From contig JALAGF010000286.1 in NCBI GenBank assembly GCA_030167865.1, forward strand, positions 1 through 64,000: a stretch of 64,000 bases of DNA, in the 5' to 3' direction. The position numbers were made by a program, and so were the translations under genes. The stretch comes from Craspedostauros australis. Its lineage: Eukaryota. Each line of letters begins with the position of its first letter. The first letter of the stretch is position 1. A model generated the notes under the pieces. That model did no database searches and had not been told where the DNA came from. It saw nothing but the letters and a program-made list of their open reading frames with translations. Below, in pieces: positions 23,650 through 34,805 of the stretch.

Positions 23650-24489
23650 TCACGTCATCGACATCCCTTTCAAGGCTTTGAAGGACATGCGATGGATCGG
23701 ACTCGGGCCGTGCTTGTGCAACAGTTCCACATGGTCGGGCTTTTGGTACCCAAGGTTCTGATCGAATTGATAGTCGGGATACAGTTGGTGATAGTGCATC
23801 ATGAGGTCATCATGCCGCACCTTGGCCAGTATCGACGCCAACGCGACCGTGTACACCTCCGCATCGGCCTTGACGAAGGGGCGGCACGGAACATCCGAAT
23901 TCAACTTGGGCGATTTCTTGCCATCGACAATACTGTAGGCTTGCGCCGTATCGATCTCCAATTGATCCACGAGCCCATCGATGGATTCTCGAAAGCACTC
24001 CATCGTGGCCGACAGAATATTGGACTCATCGATCTGCTGCGCCGACTGCACGGCGATGTTGTAGGCGTAAACATCGGGATGATCCAGCACGTGCCGATAG
24101 ATCTCGCGACGTTCTTGCGGCGACACCTGCTTGCTATCCTGCACGTTGGGCAACGGCACGTAATCCGACAACGGATCCGTGAGGATGCAGCACGTCGCCG
24201 CGACGACCGGTCCCGCGATGCCGCCGCGTCCCGATTCGTCGCTGCCCAGGATGGGAAAGAACTGTCGCTGCGTCTGCAATTCCAACTCTTCGGCGAGAGG
24301 ACCGTTGTTGTTGCGGTGCCTGCGATTGTTGCGTTGCTGTGGGTTGCGACGGCTGCGCACGTCGAGATACGTCTGAGATCTTCGGCGCCGTGGTGGGCGT
24401 TGGAAGTGGAAGGAATCCGCCGGTTGGATGGAAGATATCAGAACAACGACCGCCAGTATCCGCGTGACATTGGTTTGCATTGATGACAT
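23650..24489 (-). CDS. rnhB: Ribonuclease HII (bacterial type), probably plastid-targeted
   Basis: Motifs GSDESGRGGIAGPVV, DSK, IDESNIL, VDG, ASILAKVRHD, GY and HGPSPIHRMSF. Signal peptide ILAVVVLISSIQPADS-F followed by an Arg-rich transit-like segment. Confidence 0.93.
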   Translation of the reverse strand: MSSMQTNVTRILAVVVLISSIQPADSFHFQRPPRRRRSQTYLDVRSRRNPQQRNNRRHRNNNGPLAEELELQTQRQFFPILGSDESGRGGIAGPVVAATCCILTDPLSDYVPLPNVQDSKQVSPQERREIYRHVLDHPDVYAYNIAVQSAQQIDESNILSATMECFRESIDGLVDQLEIDTAQAYSIVDGKKSPKLNSDVPCRPFVKADAEVYTVALASILAKVRHDDLMMHYHQLYPDYQFDQNLGYQKPDHVELLHKHGPSPIHRMSFKALKGMSMT

Positions 24490-24910
24490 CGTTCCGAGGG
24501 TACCGATCGCTGTCCTGATCTGTGATGTCGATGACGCTAAAATAGAGGCGACGATTGATGCTGCAAAGTGATGAACCTGGTGCCAATGCTTGCTGTTGTT
24601 CTTGTGCGCCACTCCACGTGCGACTGTAGGTATGGTACAATACACACAGCATCAGAATGAGTCGGAACAACAGAGAGTACCGAACGCCGATCTTGTTGAC
24701 GGATTTGTTCTTTGGCATGTTGGTGGGAGTTTTGGTCTTGTTTACTGCCACGTGGAATGTGAGATTGGATTTAGTCTGTCCGTATACACGTTGTCTGGAT
24801 CTTGTGCCGAAAAATCGATCTGGATTGTTCAGGTTTGTGGAGGCCACACAACAGTCCATCATGTCCAACGACCACACAAAGGAGAGCGAGGCCAACAAAC
24901 AACAACAGAG

Positions 24911-24914
<4 letters not shown>

Positions 24915-24945
<31 letters not shown>
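24915..24945. repeat. (AG)15 microsatellite in the divergent rnhB/Pif1 spacer
   Basis: Directly visible. Confidence 0.95.
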
Positions 24946-24948
<3 letters not shown>

Positions 24949-25061
24949 CACCAACCTCCTCCGCCTCCTGCCCTTCACTTGAACCCTTCCCACCATTCGT
25001 CCCTCCCTCTTGACTTCATCTTCCAAGCGTAGCGTCCCATACTCGGACGAGCAGCGTGATC

Positions 25062-27278
25062 ATGAGACAGAGACGCAAGCCATCGAAGCATCGTCGGAAG
25101 CTGGCATGCCTCGTGATCGTGGTGGCTCAGGTTTTGTCAAATCGCGAGTATTTGCACTCACAATCGCAGTCGCAATCATACAACTACAAGTACAACTACA
25201 AGCATAAGTACTGGCACTCGTATTGCGCTGAGGCATTTCAGGATCAATCAATACAGCATCATCATGGGCATCAGCATCAGCAGCAGCAGCAGCAGCAAAA
25301 TGGCCAACAGCATCCACTTCCATGGCATGGTGCCACGAGGATGCATGCACTAGGTTCTGGCAGCTTCGAAGCTGACGGGAGCAGCTTCGAGGTGGATCAG
25401 GAGTACTTTCTGGAAGAGGAGGAATACTCCAAGCAAAAGCAGCAGCCCAGTGCTGCACAAACAACCACCGCGAAGCCCGACACTTCGGATCACAAAAAGA
25501 AGCTCGGTCCCCTGCAAAAAGAGGCGCTCGACCTCATCAAAGAAGGCCACAATGTCTTCATCACGGGCGTCGCCGGAACCGGCAAATCGTTGGTCCTCAA
25601 ACGCGCAATCCGATGGATCAAGAAAACCTACGTCGCCAAGGAGTACGCCGCGTTGGGATCCACGGGACCGGCCGCGTTGGCGTTGGAAGGACAGACGATA
25701 CACAGCTTCGCGGGCATTGGCATTCCGCGGAGCGTGGACGACTTTGACAAGGCAAGGTCTCGAGCCAAGATGTGGAAGGAACTGCAGATCATCGTCATCG
25801 ACGAGGCCTCCATGATCTCGGGAGAATTCTTCGACCTCCTGTCGGAGCGCGTGTCGCGCGTCCGGGACGACCCACGGCCCATGGGCGGCATCCAGCTCGT
25901 CATCTGCGGTGACTTCTTGCAGCTGCCGCCCATTCCCGTGCGTCCCGATGACGCGCAGCAGATGCTGGATTCGTTGGAGCTCCTGCCCACGGAGGATCCC
26001 AACGATTACCTCTTCCTCAACCGGGGATTCCTCTTCCAATCGCACCAGTGGAAGGCGGCAGAGTTTCAGGTTGTGGAACTGGAGCGCGTCTACCGACAAA
26101 AGAGTTCGGGCTTCGTCAGCGTGCTCGATGAGATACGGCGAGGCCAGCTCACGCAGGAAGGCATGGATTTCTTGCGCATCAACTGCGGCCGTCCCCTGCC
26201 ACCCAACCCCTACGGCATCCGACCAACCCTCCTGCATTCGCGCAACATTGACGTATCACGCGACAACCTCTCCGAATTGAGAAAGCTGCCTGGCCATTCC
26301 ATCACGTACGACGCCGTCGACAGCGTCCAACCATACAAGGGCGTGGGGAAATGGGTCGAGAAGCAGCTCAAGGGCAACCAATTCTTCAACACCTGCGCCG
26401 CGGAGGCCCAGCTCGATCTCAAGATCGGGGCCCAGGTCATGCTGGTGCGCAACTACGGACCGCGTCGCATCGGCAACCGCGTCATCGGCCGCAACACGAT
26501 CATGCTCGTCAACGGATCCAGGGGCACCGTGGTCGACTTCGTCAAGGTCGACAACGAGAAGGCCAAGGACGACCCCAACGTCCTCGGCAACGCCATCCCA
26601 GGCGTCTCCGTATACCCCGTCGTTCAATTCGTCAACGGCGCCAAGCGCACCATCCGTGGCAACACCTTCCAGACCAAGCTCATGGGCCTCGGCACCTGCA
26701 CGCGCGAGGCCCTGCCGTTGCGCTTGGCGTGGGCCATCACGACGCACAAATCGCAGGGCCTCACCTTGGACTACGTCATTGCCGATCTCGGCGCCGTCTT
26801 TGCCGAAGCCCAAGCCTACGTGGCCATGAGCCGGGCTTCCGACGAGAGCGGGCTGGAGTTGCGCAACTTCTCGCCCAGGCGCATCCGGGCCAACCCCATC
26901 GCCCTGTCGTTTTATGAGGATCCCTTCAGAGACTTCGTCACGTGGGATGCCAGGACCGTCAAGCGGGAGGCCGAGGCGCCGAAGAAAGAACAGCCGCAGG
27001 TCGGGACGTTGCAAGGCAAGACGGTCGTCTTCTTGGGCAACCTCCGCACGATCTCACGCGCCAAGGCCGAGGCCATGGCTGAGCAGATGGGCGCCACGAC
27101 ACGTGCCAGCGTGACTCGCAATACTTCCATCCTGGTTGCCGCCAACAAGCTGCGCGGCGGCAAGCCCGCCACATCCAGCGCGACGTATCAGAAGGCGCTT
27201 CAATTGCAGAAGGATGGATTTCGGCTGCACATCCTGTCGGAATCGCAATTCGTGGAGCTCATCATGGCGTTAAAGTAA
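25062..27278 (+). CDS. PIF1: Pif1-family 5'-3' DNA helicase with a C-terminal BRCT domain
   Basis: Motifs FITGVAGTGKS, GQTIHSFAGIG, IDEASMI, GGIQLVICGDFLQLPP and LAWAITTHKSQGLTL. The C-terminal LQGKTVVFLGNLRTISRAKAEAMAEQMGA...SVTRNTSILVA is a LigA/RFC1-type BRCT. Confidence 0.93.
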   Translation: MRQRRKPSKHRRKLACLVIVVAQVLSNREYLHSQSQSQSYNYKYNYKHKYWHSYCAEAFQDQSIQHHHGHQHQQQQQQQNGQQHPLPWHGATRMHALGSGSFEADGSSFEVDQEYFLEEEEYSKQKQQPSAAQTTTAKPDTSDHKKKLGPLQKEALDLIKEGHNVFITGVAGTGKSLVLKRAIRWIKKTYVAKEYAALGSTGPAALALEGQTIHSFAGIGIPRSVDDFDKARSRAKMWKELQIIVIDEASMISGEFFDLLSERVSRVRDDPRPMGGIQLVICGDFLQLPPIPVRPDDAQQMLDSLELLPTEDPNDYLFLNRGFLFQSHQWKAAEFQVVELERVYRQKSSGFVSVLDEIRRGQLTQEGMDFLRINCGRPLPPNPYGIRPTLLHSRNIDVSRDNLSELRKLPGHSITYDAVDSVQPYKGVGKWVEKQLKGNQFFNTCAAEAQLDLKIGAQVMLVRNYGPRRIGNRVIGRNTIMLVNGSRGTVVDFVKVDNEKAKDDPNVLGNAIPGVSVYPVVQFVNGAKRTIRGNTFQTKLMGLGTCTREALPLRLAWAITTHKSQGLTLDYVIADLGAVFAEAQAYVAMSRASDESGLELRNFSPRRIRANPIALSFYEDPFRDFVTWDARTVKREAEAPKKEQPQVGTLQGKTVVFLGNLRTISRAKAEAMAEQMGATTRASVTRNTSILVAANKLRGGKPATSSATYQKALQLQKDGFRLHILSESQFVELIMALK

Positions 27279-27475
27279 GTAGCATACTATACGGTATAGT
27301 ATTACGCAAGTACCAGCATGTACACATGGTACTACGAGTACAACACTCCACGAGTCCTAGTACGTACGTGCAGGGAGGGACAGGGTTTTGCATTGTATCT
27401 AACTGTATGGTGTATTACTCTACCAGTGTATGAAGTACTCGGATGTCAATTTGTATTTGCGTGGCGTGATGCTGC

Positions 27476-28843
27476 TCAGTATCGGTATCGAGCGTACGTT
27501 GGCTGCATCATCATGGGCGACTGGTGCATGACCGGAGACGCAGGAGCACCATTGCCGTACACAACCATCATACCGGCATGTGCTACCTGCGGATGCGAGC
27601 GCATGATGGGCTTGCTTGCCTCGCGCGGCTTCGTCGCCTTTTGGATCTCGGCCAGCGGCGCGTTCTTGAGGATCAGCTTCGGCGGAATGGGCTTGGCCTT
27701 GAGCGGCATCTCCCGCTGCTCCTTGTGCTTCTTGTCCTGGGGCGAGTCCAATGTCTTGGTAATGTCTTCGAGATGAACCAACGAATGCACCGCCTTGTCA
27801 ATCGGCGTCATGTTGTCATCGTCGCGGACGTCCAGGTCACGCACCTCCAACGGATCCATGGAGAGGCGCGGAGTCCCAGAGGAGGTTGGCGTGCCACATT
27901 CTGGTGCATCGATGGATGGAATGAACGGCACAAGGGCGTTCGCGACCACGTGCGGCTTCGAAGGTGTCTGGTAGGCACCGAGAATGCGGTCCGTCCTCTG
28001 CTGGAGCATCTCGTTGCGCGTGGGAGGCTGCGGCGCAAACTCGTCGAAACCGGCGACGCCGGTGGGGCTTGTCACAAACTGCGCAACGGCCTTGCAGGCC
28101 GTTGGGGTTTGCAATGGCGTCGGTACAAACGTGCCACTGTTGTGGTAGTTGGTTGGGCTCTTGACTGGCGGCGATGACAGCAGATCGAGCTGTGGCATGG
28201 ACTTGCTGCGCTCTTGCACGCGCGACGCCGGGCCTTGGACTTGAGGCGGAGTCACCGCGCGTGCTGGTGACGACGCCGCAACGGGAGACATCACATCTGG
28301 CGTGCTCCTGCGCAGGGGCTGCGAGCGTGCAAAGTCCATTGACGCAGATTCTTCGTACATGTCGTTGTCGTAGAATCCGTCCGATGGGTTGGCCCGCATA
28401 TTGAACGCAGATGGCCTTCCAAGTTCAAAGACCTTGGGCATATCCCAAAAGGAGAGTCCGTCGATGAGGAGGTCGAATTGGCGGAACCCCGGCTTGTCGA
28501 AGACGGGCGGAGAAGCAAAGGCGAGGATCTTGATTTCATGACCGCATTTCATGGTCCAGGAGGCCTCCATGGTGTCGGTCAATCGCGAGGATGCCTGGAA
28601 GAAGACCTCGACGCCATCCGCCATGATGAGCTGCTTGCCGCTGACGAGCGACCACACGAGGACGATGTCGTGCTCCTCGCCGCGACATTCGGGTCCCGTA
28701 AGACCTTGCTCGATGGATGGGCGGTGGGAGAATCCAAAGCGCCATCGCACACGACGCTTGGTGGCGGACACCCACTTGCCCGAGGCGGAGATCTGGCAGT
28801 CCACCTGGTACACTGGGTTGATGCGCATGTCGTATTTGGTCAT
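27476..28843 (-). CDS. Diatom-type protein with an N-terminal FAIM1-like beta domain and a disordered Pro-rich tail
   Basis: A 455-aa ORF with coding-like codon usage. HDIVLVWSLVSGKQLIMADGVEV...FDLLIDGLSF resembles FAIM; that domain call is tentative. Confidence 0.75.
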   Translation of the reverse strand: MTKYDMRINPVYQVDCQISASGKWVSATKRRVRWRFGFSHRPSIEQGLTGPECRGEEHDIVLVWSLVSGKQLIMADGVEVFFQASSRLTDTMEASWTMKCGHEIKILAFASPPVFDKPGFRQFDLLIDGLSFWDMPKVFELGRPSAFNMRANPSDGFYDNDMYEESASMDFARSQPLRRSTPDVMSPVAASSPARAVTPPQVQGPASRVQERSKSMPQLDLLSSPPVKSPTNYHNSGTFVPTPLQTPTACKAVAQFVTSPTGVAGFDEFAPQPPTRNEMLQQRTDRILGAYQTPSKPHVVANALVPFIPSIDAPECGTPTSSGTPRLSMDPLEVRDLDVRDDDNMTPIDKAVHSLVHLEDITKTLDSPQDKKHKEQREMPLKAKPIPPKLILKNAPLAEIQKATKPREASKPIMRSHPQVAHAGMMVVYGNGAPASPVMHQSPMMMQPTYARYRY

Positions 28844-30706
28844 GATGAGTGGTTTGTTTTGTTATGTTATGTTATGTTTTGAGTTCGTTGGTTGGTTGGT
28901 TGGTCGGTTGGGTACTTGGATGTGTTTGGCGTTATGCGTTGAAAGTCGAGTGGCAGATGGTGAGCGCGAAAGGCTGGATGGGCGGAGATCTGGCGATGGT
29001 TTGTTCGTTCGTTGGTTCGTTGGTTTGTTTGTTGGCTGGTTTTGTTCGATGTCAAGTTGAATTTATGAGAATGGAAGAGGCGGAAGGTGAGTGAGTGTGT
29101 GTGTGTTTGCTTTGCATCAACGACAAGACGAGATGGCGACCAGCAAGAGATGAAGCGGTTGGCCCTCTCTCCGCTCAACGCCACGCGATACGATGTACTC
29201 CAACCCAACACGATCACAATGCGACGTGTGGAGCTCTTGTGACAGGAGATGATGCGATTCAGATTTGGACCATCTTGTGTGTGATTGATGTGTCTGGTGT
29301 GTTTTGTGAGGATGATGCACTCCGACGAATCTTGTTTGGTAATGTGTGTATCCATGCCAGAAGGTAGACATATGTCTCACAGGCGTCGGGATGCGACACA
29401 TATCATAGCAAAAAGACGCCCATCTGGATCGTGGAAGACAAAGAAGCGGCAGAAGACAAGGCGCCGGCCGACGCTTCAAATCCAATGGAGTGGTCGGAGT
29501 TGCGCCTTCCCAAACTCGTTCCAGAGTTGGACAGAACCGAACTCTCCAACCAAGACAGAGTACCACAGCGCACTCCGTTCTACCATACTGCATCATGTGG
29601 GGACGTACGTTTCGCACGAGGGCCGCACGCATACGTATCGCTTGTACCCTGACCAACTCTGGTTGCCATCGCACGTCAGTACTTGGAGATCGAGCGATGG
29701 AAGTCCGTTGCAAGGTAGTCGGCATCAATCCGTAACTCCCATCCGAACTCGGAGTGTATAGTACGATGGTACGCAGCGCGCGAAGTTGGGAGGTTTCGTT
29801 GTGAGTGCAATGGCTGCTGCCGCCATTGCTGCTGTAAAATCTGTCGACCCACAGTGCAACGCAGTGCAGTGCTCTGCTGTACTCCGCTGTATGGTACTTG
29901 TCTCGTAGAATAGGTAAGAGAACACATTGGATAGGGAAGCAAGGTACCGCCCTTTGTCGCTGCCGCGGATACAATCACCAAGAGAACAAAGACCCACATG
30001 GCCAGTTCGTTGCCCATACATACTGTACGTACGTACTCGTGCCACAGCCACACAAGTTCAGAGAAACCGCTGCGTACTCGGAGCGCAGTAACTCGTGGTC
30101 ACTCACAAGGAGGACGCAACGGACGGATCCAATCTTGCAAGCAAGAAGAGGGATGGTGCTTGCACTCTCCGCGATCTGATCGAATGCGGCTCAGTGAATG
30201 CCGCGTTGCTGCGTGTGGCAGAAATGGCGATACAGGGCCACTAATGTGGAGTATGGCAGTCTCTCCACTTGTACCAGAGAGTACAAGTAATAGTACGAAT
30301 AGCGGTAGACTGGCTGAGACAAAAGTGGCGCGAAACGACATCCTCACGAATAGTCCATGCAGTCGGACATGTGATGGGACTAACAAACTGTCGTTGAGTC
30401 CTACGATACGTACCGGAAACGATATGGAAGATATCTCAAGTACTATAAAATAGGAGCTGCAGGGTAAAATGGAACACACATTTGTCTGTCCGTGCCCTCG
30501 GAGAAAGGCGAATCGTGATCAATGTGTTCGCTTCGTATTCGAAAGTTGACGAACACAGACATGGATACCACCACAAACGAAGAACACCTCCTGATCGTAT
30601 CCGCGCAGTGATTCATCCGATCGACGCCATCAGCCCAACCAACAGCATCAACAGCATCAACAGCATCAACAGCAGTCACAGCATCAAGAGCAACACGCGA
30701 ACAACG

Positions 30707-33468
30707 ATGAGCATGTCCAGCAATCAACCGGAAGGGTGAGTCGGCTGTTGATGCTGTGAATGCTGTCGGAGCGTGCTGTGCCCACACCCCGCTACTCGTA
30801 CCTCTTACGTTCAGCCGAACACATAGAATGCCGCGGTGCCTTGCAGGCATAGATCGTCGGAAGGAAAGGACTGATGTGACGGGATGCTTTCTTCCTCGTT
30901 GCCTCCGCTTGGCTCGGATTGCATTGCATTGGAATATATTCCGTTGGATTGCATTGCATTGGAACATATTCCGTTGGATTGCATCCCGTTAGATTATATC
31001 GGCTGCAGCTGGGAGCACATCTATTGGTATGTTGTGTATCACACTTATGGTAACAGTGCGATCGTCACTGCGATAACAGCAGTTCCACCCCAGCTCCATC
31101 CCAGCTTCTCTGGCTCGCACTGGTTCTTTCCCTCTCTCATCATGAATTCGATCTCAACTTTCTCTCACACGCCCCTTACGGCATGCTTGAATCGATGTTC
31201 TCCACCCCAAGCACCTGTAGCGACGAGGCCACGCACAGGTGGATGCATCAGGTGGTCCGTGAGTTCACGATGGACGAATTCGCAAAGGCTCAAGATCTGA
31301 TTGAATCGTATTCAGAAAGAGCTACCATCTCTTCCAACATGACAACAGAAAACGGCCACACTCTGCTCCATCTCGCATGCTATTTCGGAACCATGGGGAT
31401 TCTCGAGTACTTAGTGAACTCTGATCGAATTGATGTCGACGTCAACATCCAAGATAAGCTAGGATACACACCATTCCATGTTGCGTGCCTGCGTGGCCAC
31501 ATGAGCATGGCTGAGTACCTGGTGGAATCAGATCAGTTTGATGTTGACGCCAACATTCAAAACAAGTCGGGAGACACTGCCTTCCATACTGCGTGCGGGA
31601 GTGATCGTATGGATTTAGTTCAGTACTTGGTACAGTCGGACCAACTCGACATCGATGCCACTGTCAAAAACAACCGCGGCGAGACAGCGCTCCATATCGC
31701 CTGTGAGCACAGAAGCAGAGAGATTGTTGCGTGCCTGCTAGAGTCTGGTCGAATGCCTATCACTCTGGACGACGACGATGGTAACACCTTGGTTCATTAT
31801 GCATGTCGCTCCTATCGACATCATGTGCTGGAGTACTTGGTGCAATCCACTCATGTCGATGTCGATGCCTGCATCAACGAACACAACCACGGAGGCGAGA
31901 CTCCTCTGCATAAAGCATGCACCAGCGGCGCCGTCAATGTAATCAGATACATGATGGAATCGGATGAGATCGGCGTCGACATCGACGTCAATGTTCGAAA
32001 CAACAGTGGGAACACTCCGCTCCATTGTGCCTGTCGCCGTGGAGAAAAGGAGACCATCGCGTACTTATTGAAGTTAGATCAGATCGATGTTCGTCCTGAA
32101 GTCATTGGACCAAACCACGATGGCGACTCGTTGCTACATCTTGCGTGCCTTTCAGGCACAAGAGGCGCAATTTCGTGCCTGCTGGAGTCGGACCGCATCG
32201 ACATCAACAGTATGCTTGGTATCAACAGTGACGCCGCCGCCACCAACGTCAACGTCAATGGTAGCATGCAAAACAACGACGGGGATACACCAATCCATCT
32301 CCTTCTAAAGGATTTGGAGCGTGAGGATGAGGCTGAGTATCTGATGAACCATGGTGCCATCCCCACCAGTATCTTCCTTCGCACCCAAAACAACGAAGGC
32401 AACACGCCATTCCATCTTGCGTGCTATCAGCCATTGTCATTCAAGCGCATCATTAGGCTGTTGATCGACTTCAACCAATTCAGCACCAACGCCAACATGG
32501 ATGACATCTTCAACATCCAAAACATGTATTGGAGTACACCACTCCACATCGCTTGTCGGGAAGGGAAGCGAAAATTTATCGTGGACATCCTACAGTCACG
32601 CAAGGCTGATCTCAGCCTCGGCATTCAAAACAATGATGGTGACACACCCCTTCACGTCGCCTTCAACAGGGGCATATTCTTCACTACCAGCGATTTTGTA
32701 TTCACCATCAGTAATTCCGCCAGGCTTGGTCACGTCTTCGACTTCATCCAACAACAAATCATTCCCACAACAAACCTCACCGATCTCTCCATTCAGCGCG
32801 ACGACGACGACGACGACGATGGTGTTGTCAACGATACGGTTGGTGGTGATATGGACATCACCCAACGGTTGATGGAGATTGCTGCACCACTTGCGAACAT
32901 CCAGAATTATGATGAGACGACGCTCCTCCATCTTGCATGCGCGGAGGGTCATGTGTCCGTCCTTCGGAATTTGATCGGATGTGACTCGGTGGATGCCACG
33001 TTGAGGCGCGACAACGGTGACACGGCATTGCACTGTATTTGCAGAGACGCAGACGGAAGTACAGACGGAAGGGCAGGCGCCGGCAGAATTACAGCTGCGA
33101 GTTTCATCGACGATGGTCAGATGCAAGTGGAGAAGATGAAGCTGATGATTGAATCGGAAAATGTGGAGGTGGATGTGAACATAACGAACGATGAAGGGGA
33201 CACGGTGCTGCACTGCGCGGTTGAAGAAGACTGCTTGGAATTGGTCAAGTATCTGATGGCGCTTGATGCGATTGATCTGCACACACGAAACAAAAATGGA
33301 GACACGCCGCTTTGCTGTCTGCGCAAGAGGACGGCAAAATACTTGAAGTGGAAGGCAGCGGGCATCATCACTGCGCAAAGCCATGGTGTTGATAGTGCCA
33401 TTGGCAATGCAGTGGCAGTTCGTGGGGCCCGCGCGGCATCCACGAGAAATGAGCCATTCGGCAAATGA
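30707..33468 (+). CDS. Ankyrin-repeat protein; short exon 30707-30735 spliced to 31221-33468
   Basis: Many G(D/N/E)TPLHxAC repeats. Donor GG|GTGAGT at 30736 and acceptor TAG at 31220 give in-frame MSMSSNQPEG-DEATHRW. Confidence 0.9.
30916..30984. repeat. 30-bp tandem repeat (~2.3 copies) inside the ankyrin gene intron
   Basis: Unit ggattgcattgcattggaa(t/c)atattccgtt. Confidence 0.9.
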
Positions 33469-33674
33469 GATTGCGATGATATTTTCGCGTCCTCTATGAG
33501 TGCTCGTATCGCAAGTTCACTACTCATATGACAGAAGCAACCGCATTGATCTTGTTGCAATCGAACTTATGGAGCAGGGCCATGTGCTCCAGTCGTACGA
33601 GCACTCAGGGCAGAGTAATAGAGGATGCGAATTTCAGTACATTGCATTATCGGCTTCAATGCCCTCTATTTAGT

Positions 33675-34805
33675 TTAAGCGCGCGAGTGATGCTTCGACA
33701 TGACACCGGCATTGCCCATGATATCGCTGAGGCGTCCTTGCCGTTGCGGCTGCTTCTCTTGGTTGGTCTCAGTCTTGATATTTCGGCCGCTGGCGTATCC
33801 GCCCTGTCGATCCTTCGGGTCGATCTCCATACCAGCACCGTAGGCCTTCTCGACCTTGTTCTTGCGTTTTCGTTCGTCCAGCTCCTTGCGCAGCCAGTGC
33901 TCGGCGATGCTGAGCATCTTGGCGGGGTGGTTGTCGGCCTTGAGCTTTTTGTAGACCTCAAGGTCCTCCATCTTTCCTTGCCATCCGCAGTTTCCCGAGT
34001 CGGTGAGGTAAAACAGGTGGCTGGCCCAGTCGTCGAGGCCGTCGAAGATGTGGGTGGCGTAAAGGATGGTGGCACCGCGCTCGTCGGATTCGCGCACCAA
34101 CCAGCGCAGGAGATCCTGACGCACGCAGACATCGAGGCTGGTCGTGACCTCGTCGAGCAGGAGGATCTTGAAGGGACGAATGAGCCCCAGCATGAGCTGC
34201 ACGCGTCGGCGTTGGCCGTCGCTGAGCTGGTGCATGTGCCAGTTGAGGTCGATGCCGAGCAACTCGACGAGCTCGTCGCGGCGTTCGGGGTAGCTGGCCT
34301 GCAGCTTTTCCATCATCTTGTGGACGGCGATGTCGGCGGCGAGTGGGACGGCGGCACCCACGAAGGCGACGCTGCGCATGCCCCAGTCGCAGTCAAGGTA
34401 GGCGCGGTGGAAGTTGAGCTTGGTGTCGCGGAATGCGTTGAGTCCGAGGACCTTGATCTCCTGCTTGGTGAGGTGGCGTCCGGCAAGGATACGCATGAGG
34501 GTGGACTTTCCGGCTCCGTTGGCGCCGATGAGCAGGCATCGCGATCCGGTCTCCAGGTTCAGGTTCAACCCCTTCAGCACTGTCTTGCTCTCATCCACCA
34601 TGGAGCTGCTGGTGGAGTACGCGAAGGTGAGGTCCGACACGACGATGGCATCCTTGCCGTAGTCCTCGATCTTTGGCAGTGGCTTTGGCGTGACTGGCTT
34701 CATGATTGTATTGCTATTGGATTGTGTGGGTGTGAGAGTAGCTGATGCTGATCCTGTTGTATGCTCGGTACCTTCGGAATGAGTGATCTTCTGACGCTTC
34801 GACAT
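33675..34805 (-). CDS. Soluble ABC ATPase, CAF16/ABCI-like (CCR4-associated factor 16 type)
   Basis: Motifs RCLLIGANGAGKST, LSDGQRRRVQL, LLLDEVTTSLDV and ILYATHIFDGLDDWASH; no TM segments. Confidence 0.9.
   Translation of the reverse strand: MSKRQKITHSEGTEHTTGSASATLTPTQSNSNTIMKPVTPKPLPKIEDYGKDAIVVSDLTFAYSTSSSMVDESKTVLKGLNLNLETGSRCLLIGANGAGKSTLMRILAGRHLTKQEIKVLGLNAFRDTKLNFHRAYLDCDWGMRSVAFVGAAVPLAADIAVHKMMEKLQASYPERRDELVELLGIDLNWHMHQLSDGQRRRVQLMLGLIRPFKILLLDEVTTSLDVCVRQDLLRWLVRESDERGATILYATHIFDGLDDWASHLFYLTDSGNCGWQGKMEDLEVYKKLKADNHPAKMLSIAEHWLRKELDERKRKNKVEKAYGAGMEIDPKDRQGGYASGRNIKTETNQEKQPQRQGRLSDIMGNAGVMSKHHSRA

Noticed and set aside
29000-30480. Short ORFs in the spacer before the ankyrin gene
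   Set aside because: No motifs or clear coding bias.
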